Below, one piece after another: positions 33,446 to 41,376 of a stretch of 43,536 bases of DNA (the first letter of the stretch is position 1; each line of letters starts with the position of its first letter). The notes under the pieces are model-generated. The model saw only the letters and a list, made by a program, of their open reading frames with translations, was not told where the DNA came from and ran no database searches. Source of the stretch: an uncultured Candidatus Saccharibacteria bacterium (GTDB taxonomy: Bacteria; Patescibacteriota; Minisyncoccia; Minisyncoccales; CAZJYT01). Location of the stretch: positions 1 through 43,536 of the forward strand of contig CAZJYT010000002.1 in the NCBI GenBank assembly GCA_964550325.1. Direction: 5' to 3'. The translations under genes were made by a program, and so were the position numbers.

Positions 33446-35587
33446 ATGAAAAACAAGAAAAAAAACTACTATTTTTTAGAAGGGTTAATTTTCATTTTAT
33501 TTGCTCTGGTAATTTGCTTTTTAATACTTCAGCGAAACCTTAACTTTCAAAAAGTAAGTGCCCATCCAACCTGCACTGTAAATGATGACTTAAGTATTCA
33601 GGGCAATATCAGTTGGACAGGAACACTTACAGGAGGAGAGGTTCCCTGGAATAGATTAACTCACTTCCCAGGGGGTTGTGGGGCAGATGAAGCTGTCCAA
33701 GCTATTGGTGCCTCTCTTACTTGTGTCTCCTTGCCAAGCGGTGGAATTCAGTGTTCAGATTGTGATGATGACTTTGTTAATGAAAGTGGTGATACAATGA
33801 CAGGAGATCTTTCTTTTCAAGGAGGCACCAGAAGAATTGGCACTTCAGATAATAATGATTTTATAATAAAAACCGACAATCAAGATAGAATTATAATTTT
33901 GTCAAATGGTAACATTGGTATTGGTACTAGCACTGCAACAGAAAAATTACAAATAGATGGAAATATCAATCTTTATGGTAATTTACTTTTGAAAGGAGGA
34001 GATAGATATATTGAAGGTGACCAAAAGGTAAAAATAAAAAGTGCCGGGTTAGATGTAATTACAATTTTACCATCTGGTTATGTGGGTATTGGAACTACTA
34101 CTCCTTCTACAACCTTAGTAGTTCAAGGCTCAACCTGGATAACTGGACATTTATACGATTCTGAAGGAAATCAAGGAACAATTGGCTCTGTCTTAACCAA
34201 AACTGCAACAGGCCAAAGATGGGAAGATCCTACAAGCACCATTTGGTGTTCTACCTGCGATGATAGATTTGTTAATGCAACCGGTGACACAATGACCGGA
34301 GATTTATTTTTTAGGGCTCCAGGAAGAAAAATTAAAATTGGAACTATAAACCCTTACGGGATTAAATTTATTGTCAGTAGCACCATACCTGTAATGACCT
34401 TGACTACAAGCACCAGAGTAGGAATTGGAACTACTACTCCTGCAGAATCTCTTCATTCTATTGGATATATAAGATCTGACCAAGGCTTTTGTATAGGAAC
34501 AGATTGTTTTACTTCTTTACCAGTTACTGGTGGTGGAACCCCTGATTATGTTCCAAGATGGATAAGTGTTTCTACCTTAGGAGATAGCGTTATTCGGGCT
34601 ACTGATAAGTATGTAGGAATAGGAATTTCTCCTGGTACTTATCGCCTTCAGGTAAAGGGGAAGAGCGGAGGTGCAAATCAATGGACAGCAAAATTTACAA
34701 GTGGGGGACCAGGACCTAATACTTCTTATGTCTATTTAGCTAAAGGTAACGGTTATGGTATTTTCGTAGATACTGACCGTAATGATAACAATGGATATTA
34801 TATTGCTCAATTTAGTAATAACTCTGGGGTAGCTTTGTATATCCGGGGAAATAGGAGAGTAGGAATCAGAACTACTAATCCTTCTGAAGAACTTACAGTT
34901 TCAGGAGATATCAAAGCAACAGGTGATATTTGTAGTGCTAACAAATGTCTGGAAGACACTCAAGAAGATATTGGAAGCGATTGTGGAGCAGGTAAATATG
35001 TTTATGGAGTCAGAGATGATGGGAGCTTGAAATGTAGAACAGATCAAGTAGGAATTACTTCTGAATCAGACCCTCAAGTGAGAACATTAGATACAAGTAA
35101 ATGGTGTAAGAGTGATAACACGAAGTCATTCATTGATTGTACATATGATCTTCCTATAGGGACCTTAAATGCAGGTAAGTGGTGCACTTCAGATGGAAGC
35201 AAAATAAATTGTACCTCTAACAATCCAGATACTACCGTAGATGGATGTAGTGGATGTTTGAAAATTGGGAGTGAAGTCTCTGCGAGCACTTTAGGTGGTT
35301 TAACTGTTAACGGTAATTTAACTGTTAACGGAAAAGTTAATTCAACAGGAGGTTGTGATCCTCCCTATGTAGCTTATGAAATGCAAACAAGAGAAAAGAT
35401 TGTGGAGAGGGTAGCTAAAGAGATTCCAAAAGAGAAATTAAACCAAGCAATATTATTTTGGAATGAAAACACTAATCAATTTGAAGTTTATCTTCCTACT
35501 AAGAAAGAATTTAGAAATTTACAAGGCGAGGTTTTAGCGAGAATAACTTCTTTTAAACCTCTTAAAATAATAAACATCACTCATTGA
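33446..35587 (+). CDS. Large membrane-anchored surface protein with phage-tail-fibre-type repeats
   Basis: N-terminal TM anchor, and two CS(D/T)CDD(D/R)FVNxxGDTMTGDL motifs. There are five (V/I)GI(G/R)TxxPxxxLxVxG-type motifs (IGIGTSTATEKLQIDG, VGIGTTTPSTTLVVQG, VGIGTTTPAESLHSIG, VGIGISPGTYRLQVKG, VGIRTTNPSEELTVSG). KWC(K/T)SD repeats are also present. Confidence 0.7.
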   Translation: MKNKKKNYYFLEGLIFILFALVICFLILQRNLNFQKVSAHPTCTVNDDLSIQGNISWTGTLTGGEVPWNRLTHFPGGCGADEAVQAIGASLTCVSLPSGGIQCSDCDDDFVNESGDTMTGDLSFQGGTRRIGTSDNNDFIIKTDNQDRIIILSNGNIGIGTSTATEKLQIDGNINLYGNLLLKGGDRYIEGDQKVKIKSAGLDVITILPSGYVGIGTTTPSTTLVVQGSTWITGHLYDSEGNQGTIGSVLTKTATGQRWEDPTSTIWCSTCDDRFVNATGDTMTGDLFFRAPGRKIKIGTINPYGIKFIVSSTIPVMTLTTSTRVGIGTTTPAESLHSIGYIRSDQGFCIGTDCFTSLPVTGGGTPDYVPRWISVSTLGDSVIRATDKYVGIGISPGTYRLQVKGKSGGANQWTAKFTSGGPGPNTSYVYLAKGNGYGIFVDTDRNDNNGYYIAQFSNNSGVALYIRGNRRVGIRTTNPSEELTVSGDIKATGDICSANKCLEDTQEDIGSDCGAGKYVYGVRDDGSLKCRTDQVGITSESDPQVRTLDTSKWCKSDNTKSFIDCTYDLPIGTLNAGKWCTSDGSKINCTSNNPDTTVDGCSGCLKIGSEVSASTLGGLTVNGNLTVNGKVNSTGGCDPPYVAYEMQTREKIVERVAKEIPKEKLNQAILFWNENTNQFEVYLPTKKEFRNLQGEVLARITSFKPLKIINITH

Positions 35588-35760
35588 TTCCACCTTTTTA
35601 AAATAGTTAAATTGGGGAAAATTAGAGATGTGGACATTTTTTCCTTTTTGTTGCCATGTGGGGATAGTTTGCTTAGCTAAAACAGCTAAGCACAGCAGGA
35701 AAATATCCAGGGCAAAGCTGAATTTAAGGTAAGGACAATTAATGGGTTATAATAAAAACC

Positions 35761-36141
35761 ATGGCAAAGGCTAGTTTTCTCAAAGAAAAAGCAGAAGCAT
35801 TTTTAGAGAATGCGAAATACAACATTTCCAAAAAGCAATGGTTTTTGGCTGCTTTTCATTTGGAGCAAGTTTGCCAACTTTATCTTAAATATTATTTGTT
35901 CTTGAAATTAAGAAGATACCCTAAAACCCATTCTTTGAGAAATCTTTTGGAAGGAATAGGTGAGGTTTATAACAAGAAAAAAGATATCAAAAAAATCATT
36001 AAAGAAAACGCCAATATTATTTCCGATTTAGAACAGGTCTATATTACCTCAAGATATTTACCAGTAGAATTTTTTGAAGAGCAGGTTAAAAACATGGAAA
36101 GGTTTACTAAAAAGGTTATCAAATTTTTGAAAAATTTATGA
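35761..36141 (+). CDS. HEPN-domain protein (toxin of a HEPN-MNT module)
   Basis: 126 aa, all-helical. YPKTHSLRNLL fits the HEPN Rx4-6H region, and an ATGA overlap links it to the downstream nucleotidyltransferase. Confidence 0.65.
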   Translation: MAKASFLKEKAEAFLENAKYNISKKQWFLAAFHLEQVCQLYLKYYLFLKLRRYPKTHSLRNLLEGIGEVYNKKKDIKKIIKENANIISDLEQVYITSRYLPVEFFEEQVKNMERFTKKVIKFLKNL

Positions 36142-36491
36142 AAGGAGAAATAGGTCAATTGATAAAAGAAGCAAAACGAGAGGAGAAATATTTTCAAAAT
36201 TATCTAAGGTATGCCAAAGAAATAAAAAAAGAGGCGGAAAAATTTTTAGGTAAAGGTAAGGTTAGATTAATGGTTTTTGGTTCAATCTTAAGAAAAGATG
36301 AGGTAGCCCAAGATATTGATATTTTAATCGTCTCTCCGAAACTAAAAGATTATAAGATAAGAAGTTTCCTTTTGGCTAAAATTTTTAAAAAACTAGGGAA
36401 TTTTTCACCTTTTGAGTTTCACTTAATAACACCAGAAGAATATCAAAATTGGTATCAAAACTTTATAAAAAAAGAATTTATTGAGATATAA
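36138..36491 (+). CDS. Minimal nucleotidyltransferase (MNT antitoxin-type)
   Basis: VFGSILRKDEVAQDIDILIV matches the GS...DxD pol-beta-type NTase motif. Confidence 0.7.
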   Translation: MKGEIGQLIKEAKREEKYFQNYLRYAKEIKKEAEKFLGKGKVRLMVFGSILRKDEVAQDIDILIVSPKLKDYKIRSFLLAKIFKKLGNFSPFEFHLITPEEYQNWYQNFIKKEFIEI

Positions 36492-36569
36492 ATGGTTTTT
36501 CTCTTCTTTGAAAGAAAGGGGAAAAATCAGGAAAAGTTAGGAAAAATTAGGGGCGGGCACATTTCTGAT

Positions 36570-36598
36570 TTGACTTCCATTTTAAAGAAGAATATAAT
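36570..36598 (+). promoter_or_regulatory. Candidate promoter of the antitoxin/RelE module (TTGACT-17-TATAAT)
   Basis: TTGACT lies at 36570-36575 and TATAAT at 36593-36598. The ATG at 36607 is only 8 nt after the -10. Confidence 0.5.
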
Positions 36599-36606
36599 AA
36601 AAGTGT

Positions 36607-36828
36607 ATGGTAAAAGTAATTGGAAAAGAAAATGTAATAAAAATCGGCAAAGAGCCAGTGGTAATCTTGCCCTTAAAAGAATATCAAAAACTGTGTGAAA
36701 GAGCAGTGCCAACTTATTATTTGAAAGGAAAAGAGGCTGAGAAGTTAGATAAATTAGTTGAAGAGGGGCTGAGAAACCATCGCTTAAAAAAAACAAGAAA
36801 GATTAAATCGCTAAGTGATTTAGATTAG
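36607..36828 (+). CDS. Putative type II antitoxin
   Basis: 73 aa located directly upstream of the RelE/YafQ-like toxin. The N-terminal PVVILPLKEYQKL resembles Phd/YefM-type antitoxins. Confidence 0.55.
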   Translation: MVKVIGKENVIKIGKEPVVILPLKEYQKLCERAVPTYYLKGKEAEKLDKLVEEGLRNHRLKKTRKIKSLSDLD

Positions 36829-36833
36829 AATAG

Positions 36834-37115
36834 ATGGACTTCTCAAATATAAGGATAAAGACTATTTTTACTCATCCGAGGTTTGATAAGAGTTACAGAA
36901 AACTACCAACCGAGGTAAAGGAAAAGGCTAAAAAGAAAGAGAAGATCTTTAGAAAAAATTGTTTTGACCCAAGATTAAAAACTCATAAACTGCATGGTAA
37001 AGAAAAAGAGGCCTGGGCTTTTGATATAGACTATCATTACCGTATCAAATTCATCTTCCTTTCGAATAGGGAAGTTTTATTTTTAGACATCGGACCTCAC
37101 GATATCTATAAATAA
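36834..37115 (+). CDS. RelE/YafQ-family mRNA interferase toxin
   Basis: The 93-aa pattern F(D)KSYRKL...DPRLKTHKLHGK...WAFDIDYHYRIKF...LDIGPHDIY is typical of this family. Confidence 0.75.
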   Translation: MDFSNIRIKTIFTHPRFDKSYRKLPTEVKEKAKKKEKIFRKNCFDPRLKTHKLHGKEKEAWAFDIDYHYRIKFIFLSNREVLFLDIGPHDIYK

Positions 37116-37238
37116 CTAAAGTTTTGCCAAAAAATAAAAAACGGGGGAAAATAGTAGGGGAAAAGAGGGGCGTGCCCATTTTTGGAAAAGAGGTATGGAG
37201 TCATTACCTGCTGAAGGAGGTAGTCGCTCAATAGACCT

Positions 37239-37874
37239 ATGTATTGGAATGTACTTAGTAAAAAACAATCTAACCTACTAAAAAAAATGGGGTTTTTGAA
37301 AAGATATGGTTTTTATCTGGCTGGTGGTACTGCTTTGGCTTTACAGATTGGCCATCGGACTTCAGTAGATTTTGATTTTTATACTGAAAAGAAATTTGAT
37401 AATAGAAAACTTCTGAGAGATTTAGAAATCCACTTTAGAAATATTAAACTGATTCAAATTCCAGAGCAAACCCTGATTGTAAAGATTGAGGGCAGAGAAG
37501 TTAGCTTCTTTCACTATCCTTACCCTTTGGTTTATCCTCCTCTAAAAGAAAAAGAATCTCCTCCTTTAGCTTCCAAAGAAGATATTGCCGCAATGAAGAT
37601 AATATCTATAATTCAGCGAGGAAGCAAACGGGATTTTGTAGATATTTATTTTTTAATTAAAAATTTTGGCTTAAAAAAGATATTTGAGATAACAGAAAAA
37701 AAATACCCCAGCTTCAATCCTTATTTAGGCCTTCAGGCTTTAACCTATTTTAAAGATGCTGAAGAGGGAAAAGTAAAAAGAAAAATTACTTACCTTCAGC
37801 CAATTAATTGGAAAGAGATTAAGAAATTTTTGATAAAAACATGTAATAATTTCAAAAAACTTTATCTTAAATAA
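37239..37874 (+). CDS. AbiEii/AbiGii-like nucleotidyltransferase toxin family protein
   Basis: FYLAGGTALALQIGHRTSVDFDFY matches the N-terminal NTase motif of this family. RGSKRDFVDIYFL matches the second conserved block. Confidence 0.65.
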   Translation: MYWNVLSKKQSNLLKKMGFLKRYGFYLAGGTALALQIGHRTSVDFDFYTEKKFDNRKLLRDLEIHFRNIKLIQIPEQTLIVKIEGREVSFFHYPYPLVYPPLKEKESPPLASKEDIAAMKIISIIQRGSKRDFVDIYFLIKNFGLKKIFEITEKKYPSFNPYLGLQALTYFKDAEEGKVKRKITYLQPINWKEIKKFLIKTCNNFKKLYLK

Positions 37875-37884
37875 AGTCCTAGAT

Positions 37885-38202
37885 ATGAAAAATAAAAAAT
37901 TTAAAATTTTACAAAAGCTTCAAGGGGTTCTCTGGTCTTACGATGTGAGAGATCTAGATTTAAAGAAAGACAAAAAATATATTATCACCCAGGTTTTGAA
38001 TTATGGAACCTGGGAAGATATAAAATTGCTTTACAAACTCTATCCTGAAAAAGATATTAAGGAAGTAGTAAAAAATCCTAGGCGAGGGGTTTGGTTTGAA
38101 AAGGTTCTTAATTTCTGGACATTAATGTTTAACATCCGCCTGAAAAAAGATGTCTGGAAAAAAGCAATTTTTTCCCTTAAACTAGGAAAAAAGAAAAAAT
38201 AG
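37885..38202 (+). CDS. Hypothetical small protein, possible partner of the AbiEii-like gene
   Basis: 105 aa located 10 nt downstream of the NTase gene. The motif LWSYDVRDLDLKKDKKYIITQVLNYGTWEDI is not one I can name with confidence. Confidence 0.5.
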   Translation: MKNKKFKILQKLQGVLWSYDVRDLDLKKDKKYIITQVLNYGTWEDIKLLYKLYPEKDIKEVVKNPRRGVWFEKVLNFWTLMFNIRLKKDVWKKAIFSLKLGKKKK

Positions 38203-38265
38203 AATTAAATAAAAAAGAAAATTCCTTAAAAGAGACAATTTTGTGAACTATCAGCGAGTAAAAGG

Positions 38266-38294
38266 TTGATAAATCTGAAAGAAGGTAGTATAAT
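38266..38294 (+). promoter_or_regulatory. Candidate promoter (TTGATA-17-TATAAT) for ferredoxin/methyltransferase
   Basis: Hexamers lie at 38266-38271 and 38289-38294. The ATG follows 9 nt later. Confidence 0.45.
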
Positions 38295-38303
38295 TAAATT
38301 GTT

Positions 38304-38495
38304 ATGAAGGTTAAAGTTAATAAAGAAAAATGTATTGGTTGTGGAATGTGTATCAATCTACTACCAGAGGTTTTTGAATTTGGTGATGACAATAAATCAC
38401 AGGTAAAAGAGGGAGTAGATTTTGAGAGTAAAAGAAAAGAGATTGAAGAAGCAAAAAAATCTTGTCCCGTGAGAGCGATTGAGGTTGAAGAATGA
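38304..38495 (+). CDS. Small ferredoxin (single [3Fe-4S]/[4Fe-4S] cluster type)
   Basis: 63 aa with CIGCGMC near the N-terminus and CP near the C-terminus (SCPVRAI). Confidence 0.8.
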   Translation: MKVKVNKEKCIGCGMCINLLPEVFEFGDDNKSQVKEGVDFESKRKEIEEAKKSCPVRAIEVEE

Positions 38496-39055
38496 GAATC
38501 TTCTATTTTTTGTTTTCTTCTTTGTATCAGAGAGAGGCTAAAAGAATGTGTAGGTTATGTGGAGAATTTATTGAGCTTCATTCTAAGATTTTAGATTTGG
38601 GTTGTGGTTCTGGAATAATTGGAAAAGAATTTCAAAAATATTTTAAAAGTGAGCTCTTAGGGGTAGATATTAAAAAAAACCTAATAAAGGATATTCCCTT
38701 TCAATTGGCGAGTGGAGAGTACCTTCCCTTTAAAGAAAAGAGTTTTGATGTAGTTTTGCTAAATTTTGTTTTGCATCATACTAAAGATCCGGAACAGGTT
38801 TTAAGAGAGGCAAAGAGGGTGGGAAAAAAAATAATTATCTTTGAGGATCTACCAAAAGGTTGGCTGGGAAGATTGTTTTGTTTGATTCATGGAGAGAGCT
38901 TTGCTATTTTCTTCCAAAAAACCAGAAATTATGGTAATTTTAAGAGTGAAAGAGAGTGGGAAAATATTTTTGAAAAATTAAAATTAGAGGTTATATATAA
39001 AAAGAGAGTAGCAAATTTTCCTATAAGAAAAGAATTATTTGTCTTGCGCACGTAG
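38492..39055 (+). CDS. Class I SAM-dependent methyltransferase
   Basis: Motif I ILDLGCGSGIIG and a motif II-like FDVVLLNFVLHH. It has an ATGA overlap with the ferredoxin gene, and its last 10 nt overlap tRNA-Ile. Confidence 0.8.
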   Translation: MRIFYFLFSSLYQREAKRMCRLCGEFIELHSKILDLGCGSGIIGKEFQKYFKSELLGVDIKKNLIKDIPFQLASGEYLPFKEKSFDVVLLNFVLHHTKDPEQVLREAKRVGKKIIIFEDLPKGWLGRLFCLIHGESFAIFFQKTRNYGNFKSEREWENIFEKLKLEVIYKKRVANFPIRKELFVLRT

Positions 39056-39117
39056 TTCAGCGGTAGAACGCCTCTCTGATAAAGAGGAGGTGGTAGGTTC
39101 GACTCCTACCGTGCGCA
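39046..39117 (+). tRNA. tRNA-Ile (anticodon GAU)
   Basis: GCGCACG TA GTTC AGCGGTA GAAC G CCTCT CTGATAA AGAGG AGGTG GTAGG TTCGACT CCTAC CGTGCGC A folds as a cloverleaf. No CCA is encoded. Confidence 0.85.
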
Positions 39118-39130
39118 CAAAACAATTTTG

Positions 39131-39170
39131 AGAGACAGAGTTTGAGTTTTTCCTGTCTCTTATTTTTCTT
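39131..39170 (+). terminator. Intrinsic terminator after tRNA-Ile
   Basis: AGAGACAG pairs with CTGTCTCT (8 bp), followed by TATTTTTCTT. Confidence 0.6.
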
Positions 39171-39179
39171 AAGACTTTT

Positions 39180-40256
39180 ATGATATCTGAAAAACCTTCT
39201 TTTACTATTCTTTGTTCAGGTTTTGGCTCTTTTTATCAACAGGCTTTGGGACTATTGGCAGGGTTTAAAAAGTTAAATTTTAGGGCAGAATTAGAAGTAT
39301 TGGTAAAGAAAGAAAGAGAGGATTACTCAAAATGTAAGGGAAACTGGGTAATTGGGATAGGTTCTTGGAGAGATTGGGAAATTTTATATCAAAAGCCAAA
39401 GAAATTGGGAATTGAGGTTTTCCCGTGGTTGGTTTCTGATGACAAGGTTTTGAAGTATGTAGAAGAAATAAATAAGGCTAAAGTGATCTTTGTCACGAGT
39501 AATTTCTGCAAAAACACTTTTTTGAAGGCAGGAGTGAAGAAAGAGAAGATGGAATTAATCTATGAGGGAATAGATACTCATTTTTGGAAACCAATTTCTA
39601 AGAATAAAATTGAGAGGATGAAAAAACTTTTGAATTTACCAAATGATAAGGTTATTTTGTTGACTATTGGAGGAGATGCTACCAGTAAAGGAGCCCAAGA
39701 GACCTTGAGAGCTTTAAAATCTCTTTCCCATCTAAATTTTTTATATGTTCTAAAGACAATGGTGGGAGGGGATGCCTTTTTTGAAGGAGAAAAAGAAGAA
39801 AGAATTTACTCTGGGAATCCCTTAGAAAAAAAAGTGAGATATTTTATGGGAAATTTCTCAAATGAGTTCATTCTCTCTTTGATAAATTTATGTGATATTT
39901 ATGTTGCTCCTTCAAGACATGAAGGCTTTGGCCTTCCCCATGTTCAGGCAATGGCGTGTAAGAAACCTGTAATTACTTGCAAGGGGACGGCAGCTGAGGA
40001 AACCTCAATTGATGGGGTAACAGGATTTGTTGTTTCGAGTAGACCCTTTCACTGGAAAAATGCAAAAGGATATTTGGTTGATGGGGTGAGGGCTAATATC
40101 TCTGAATTAAAGTTAGCAATAGAAAAACTAGTTAAAAATAAAAGATTAAGAGAGAAAATGGGAGAAGATGCCAGAAGGCACGTGGTAAAAAATTTTGAAG
40201 CAAAGGAAACAGCAAAAAATTTTATTGAGAAATTAAAAAAATATGAAAGAGATTAA
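39180..40256 (+). CDS. GT4-family (GT-B fold) glycosyltransferase
   Basis: C-terminal EGFGLPHVQAMACKKPVI (E-x7-E region) is typical of group-1 glycosyltransferases. Confidence 0.8.
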   Translation: MISEKPSFTILCSGFGSFYQQALGLLAGFKKLNFRAELEVLVKKEREDYSKCKGNWVIGIGSWRDWEILYQKPKKLGIEVFPWLVSDDKVLKYVEEINKAKVIFVTSNFCKNTFLKAGVKKEKMELIYEGIDTHFWKPISKNKIERMKKLLNLPNDKVILLTIGGDATSKGAQETLRALKSLSHLNFLYVLKTMVGGDAFFEGEKEERIYSGNPLEKKVRYFMGNFSNEFILSLINLCDIYVAPSRHEGFGLPHVQAMACKKPVITCKGTAAEETSIDGVTGFVVSSRPFHWKNAKGYLVDGVRANISELKLAIEKLVKNKRLREKMGEDARRHVVKNFEAKETAKNFIEKLKKYERD

Positions 40257-41376
40257 AATTTTGTATCTCTCAACCTTTCCTCCTCAAAAATGCGGAATTG
40301 CCCGATTTTGCTGGCATCTGGCAGAAGCTGTTGAGAAGGTAAACCCTAAAGTCTATTGGCGAGTAATTGTCCCTGTTTTAAAAAATCAAAGATTTAAGTT
40401 CCCAAAAGAGGTATTTTTTGTTTTTGAGAAAGAGAATTTAAAAAAATATAAAGAAATAGCCCAATTTTTTAATTCCTCTTCCTTTCAGATTTTGCTTTTA
40501 CAGCATGAATTTGGACTCTTTGGCGGAGAATCTGGAGAATATTTGATTTCTCTTTTAGAAAATGTTAAAAAGCCTGTAATCTCTGTACTGCACTCTATTC
40601 CATCTTCTCAAAAAGAAAGACATCACATCTTAATCTTAAAACAGCTCTCTCCATTTTTTCAAAGGATGATAACAATGTGTGAGATAGGGAAAAAACGCCT
40701 CCAAAAAATTTGCAAGGTCCCAAGCTCAAAAATTTTAGTCATTCCTCATGGTACTATTTCTTTTCCAAGGATTTCTCAAAAGGAAGCCAAAAAGAAATTA
40801 GCCCTTGACAAAAATATTTTGATTTTGGTATTTGGGTTTATCACTCCCAAAAAGGGTTACGAAGAAACAGTTTTTGCCTTTTCTAAAATTTTACCCCATT
40901 TCCCAAAAGCAAAATTAGTTTTTCTGGGGGGGCCACACCCTCTCCACCCAGATAAAAATTATCTCCAAAGATTCAGATTATTTGTTAAGAAAATGAAATT
41001 AGAAAATTCAGTAAAAATCTTCACTAAATTCGTTCCCTTGGAGCTCTTTAAAATTTACTACAAAGCAGCAGATATTTTTATTTCTCCCCATTTGAAAAAA
41101 GATCAAATCTCAAGTGGTCCCCTAACCTTTGCCTTAGGAGCAGGGAAGGCTATCGTCTCTACCAATTATGATTATGCCAAGGATTTATTAAGAGGAAAAA
41201 GAGGAATTTTAGTCCCTATTGGAAATGTAAATGCTATGGCAAAGGCAATTTTAAAGATTTTAAAGGAGCCGAAATTAAAGAAGGAGCTTGAAAAAAGAGC
41301 TTTTGAGTTAGGGAGAAGATTATCTTGGGAAAAAGTTGTAGTAAAATATTTAAAACTATTTGAAAAAGTCTTATGA
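40243..41376 (+). CDS. GT4-family glycosyltransferase (paralog A)
   Basis: N-terminal ILYLSTFPPQKCGIARF and LQHEFGLFGG blocks are shared with the next gene. Confidence 0.75.
   Translation: MKEIKILYLSTFPPQKCGIARFCWHLAEAVEKVNPKVYWRVIVPVLKNQRFKFPKEVFFVFEKENLKKYKEIAQFFNSSSFQILLLQHEFGLFGGESGEYLISLLENVKKPVISVLHSIPSSQKERHHILILKQLSPFFQRMITMCEIGKKRLQKICKVPSSKILVIPHGTISFPRISQKEAKKKLALDKNILILVFGFITPKKGYEETVFAFSKILPHFPKAKLVFLGGPHPLHPDKNYLQRFRLFVKKMKLENSVKIFTKFVPLELFKIYYKAADIFISPHLKKDQISSGPLTFALGAGKAIVSTNYDYAKDLLRGKRGILVPIGNVNAMAKAILKILKEPKLKKELEKRAFELGRRLSWEKVVVKYLKLFEKVL

Noticed and set aside
33446-35587. Prophage or phage remnant, based on the tail-fibre motifs.
   Set aside because: No capsid, portal, terminase, baseplate, integrase or att-like repeats flank the gene. 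The protein has an N-terminal membrane anchor.
35670-35692. Perfect 9-bp hairpin TGCTTAGCT-AAAAC-AGCTAAGCA as a terminator of the tail-fibre-like gene.
   Set aside because: No U-tract follows it on either strand, so it may be a protein-binding palindrome or chance. It is not reported as a terminator.
36492-36796. ORFs 36492..36698 (+) and 36527..36796 (-).
   Set aside because: They overlap the promoter region and the antitoxin gene 36607..36828, which pairs with the RelE-like toxin. They have no motifs and a basic, low-complexity sequence.
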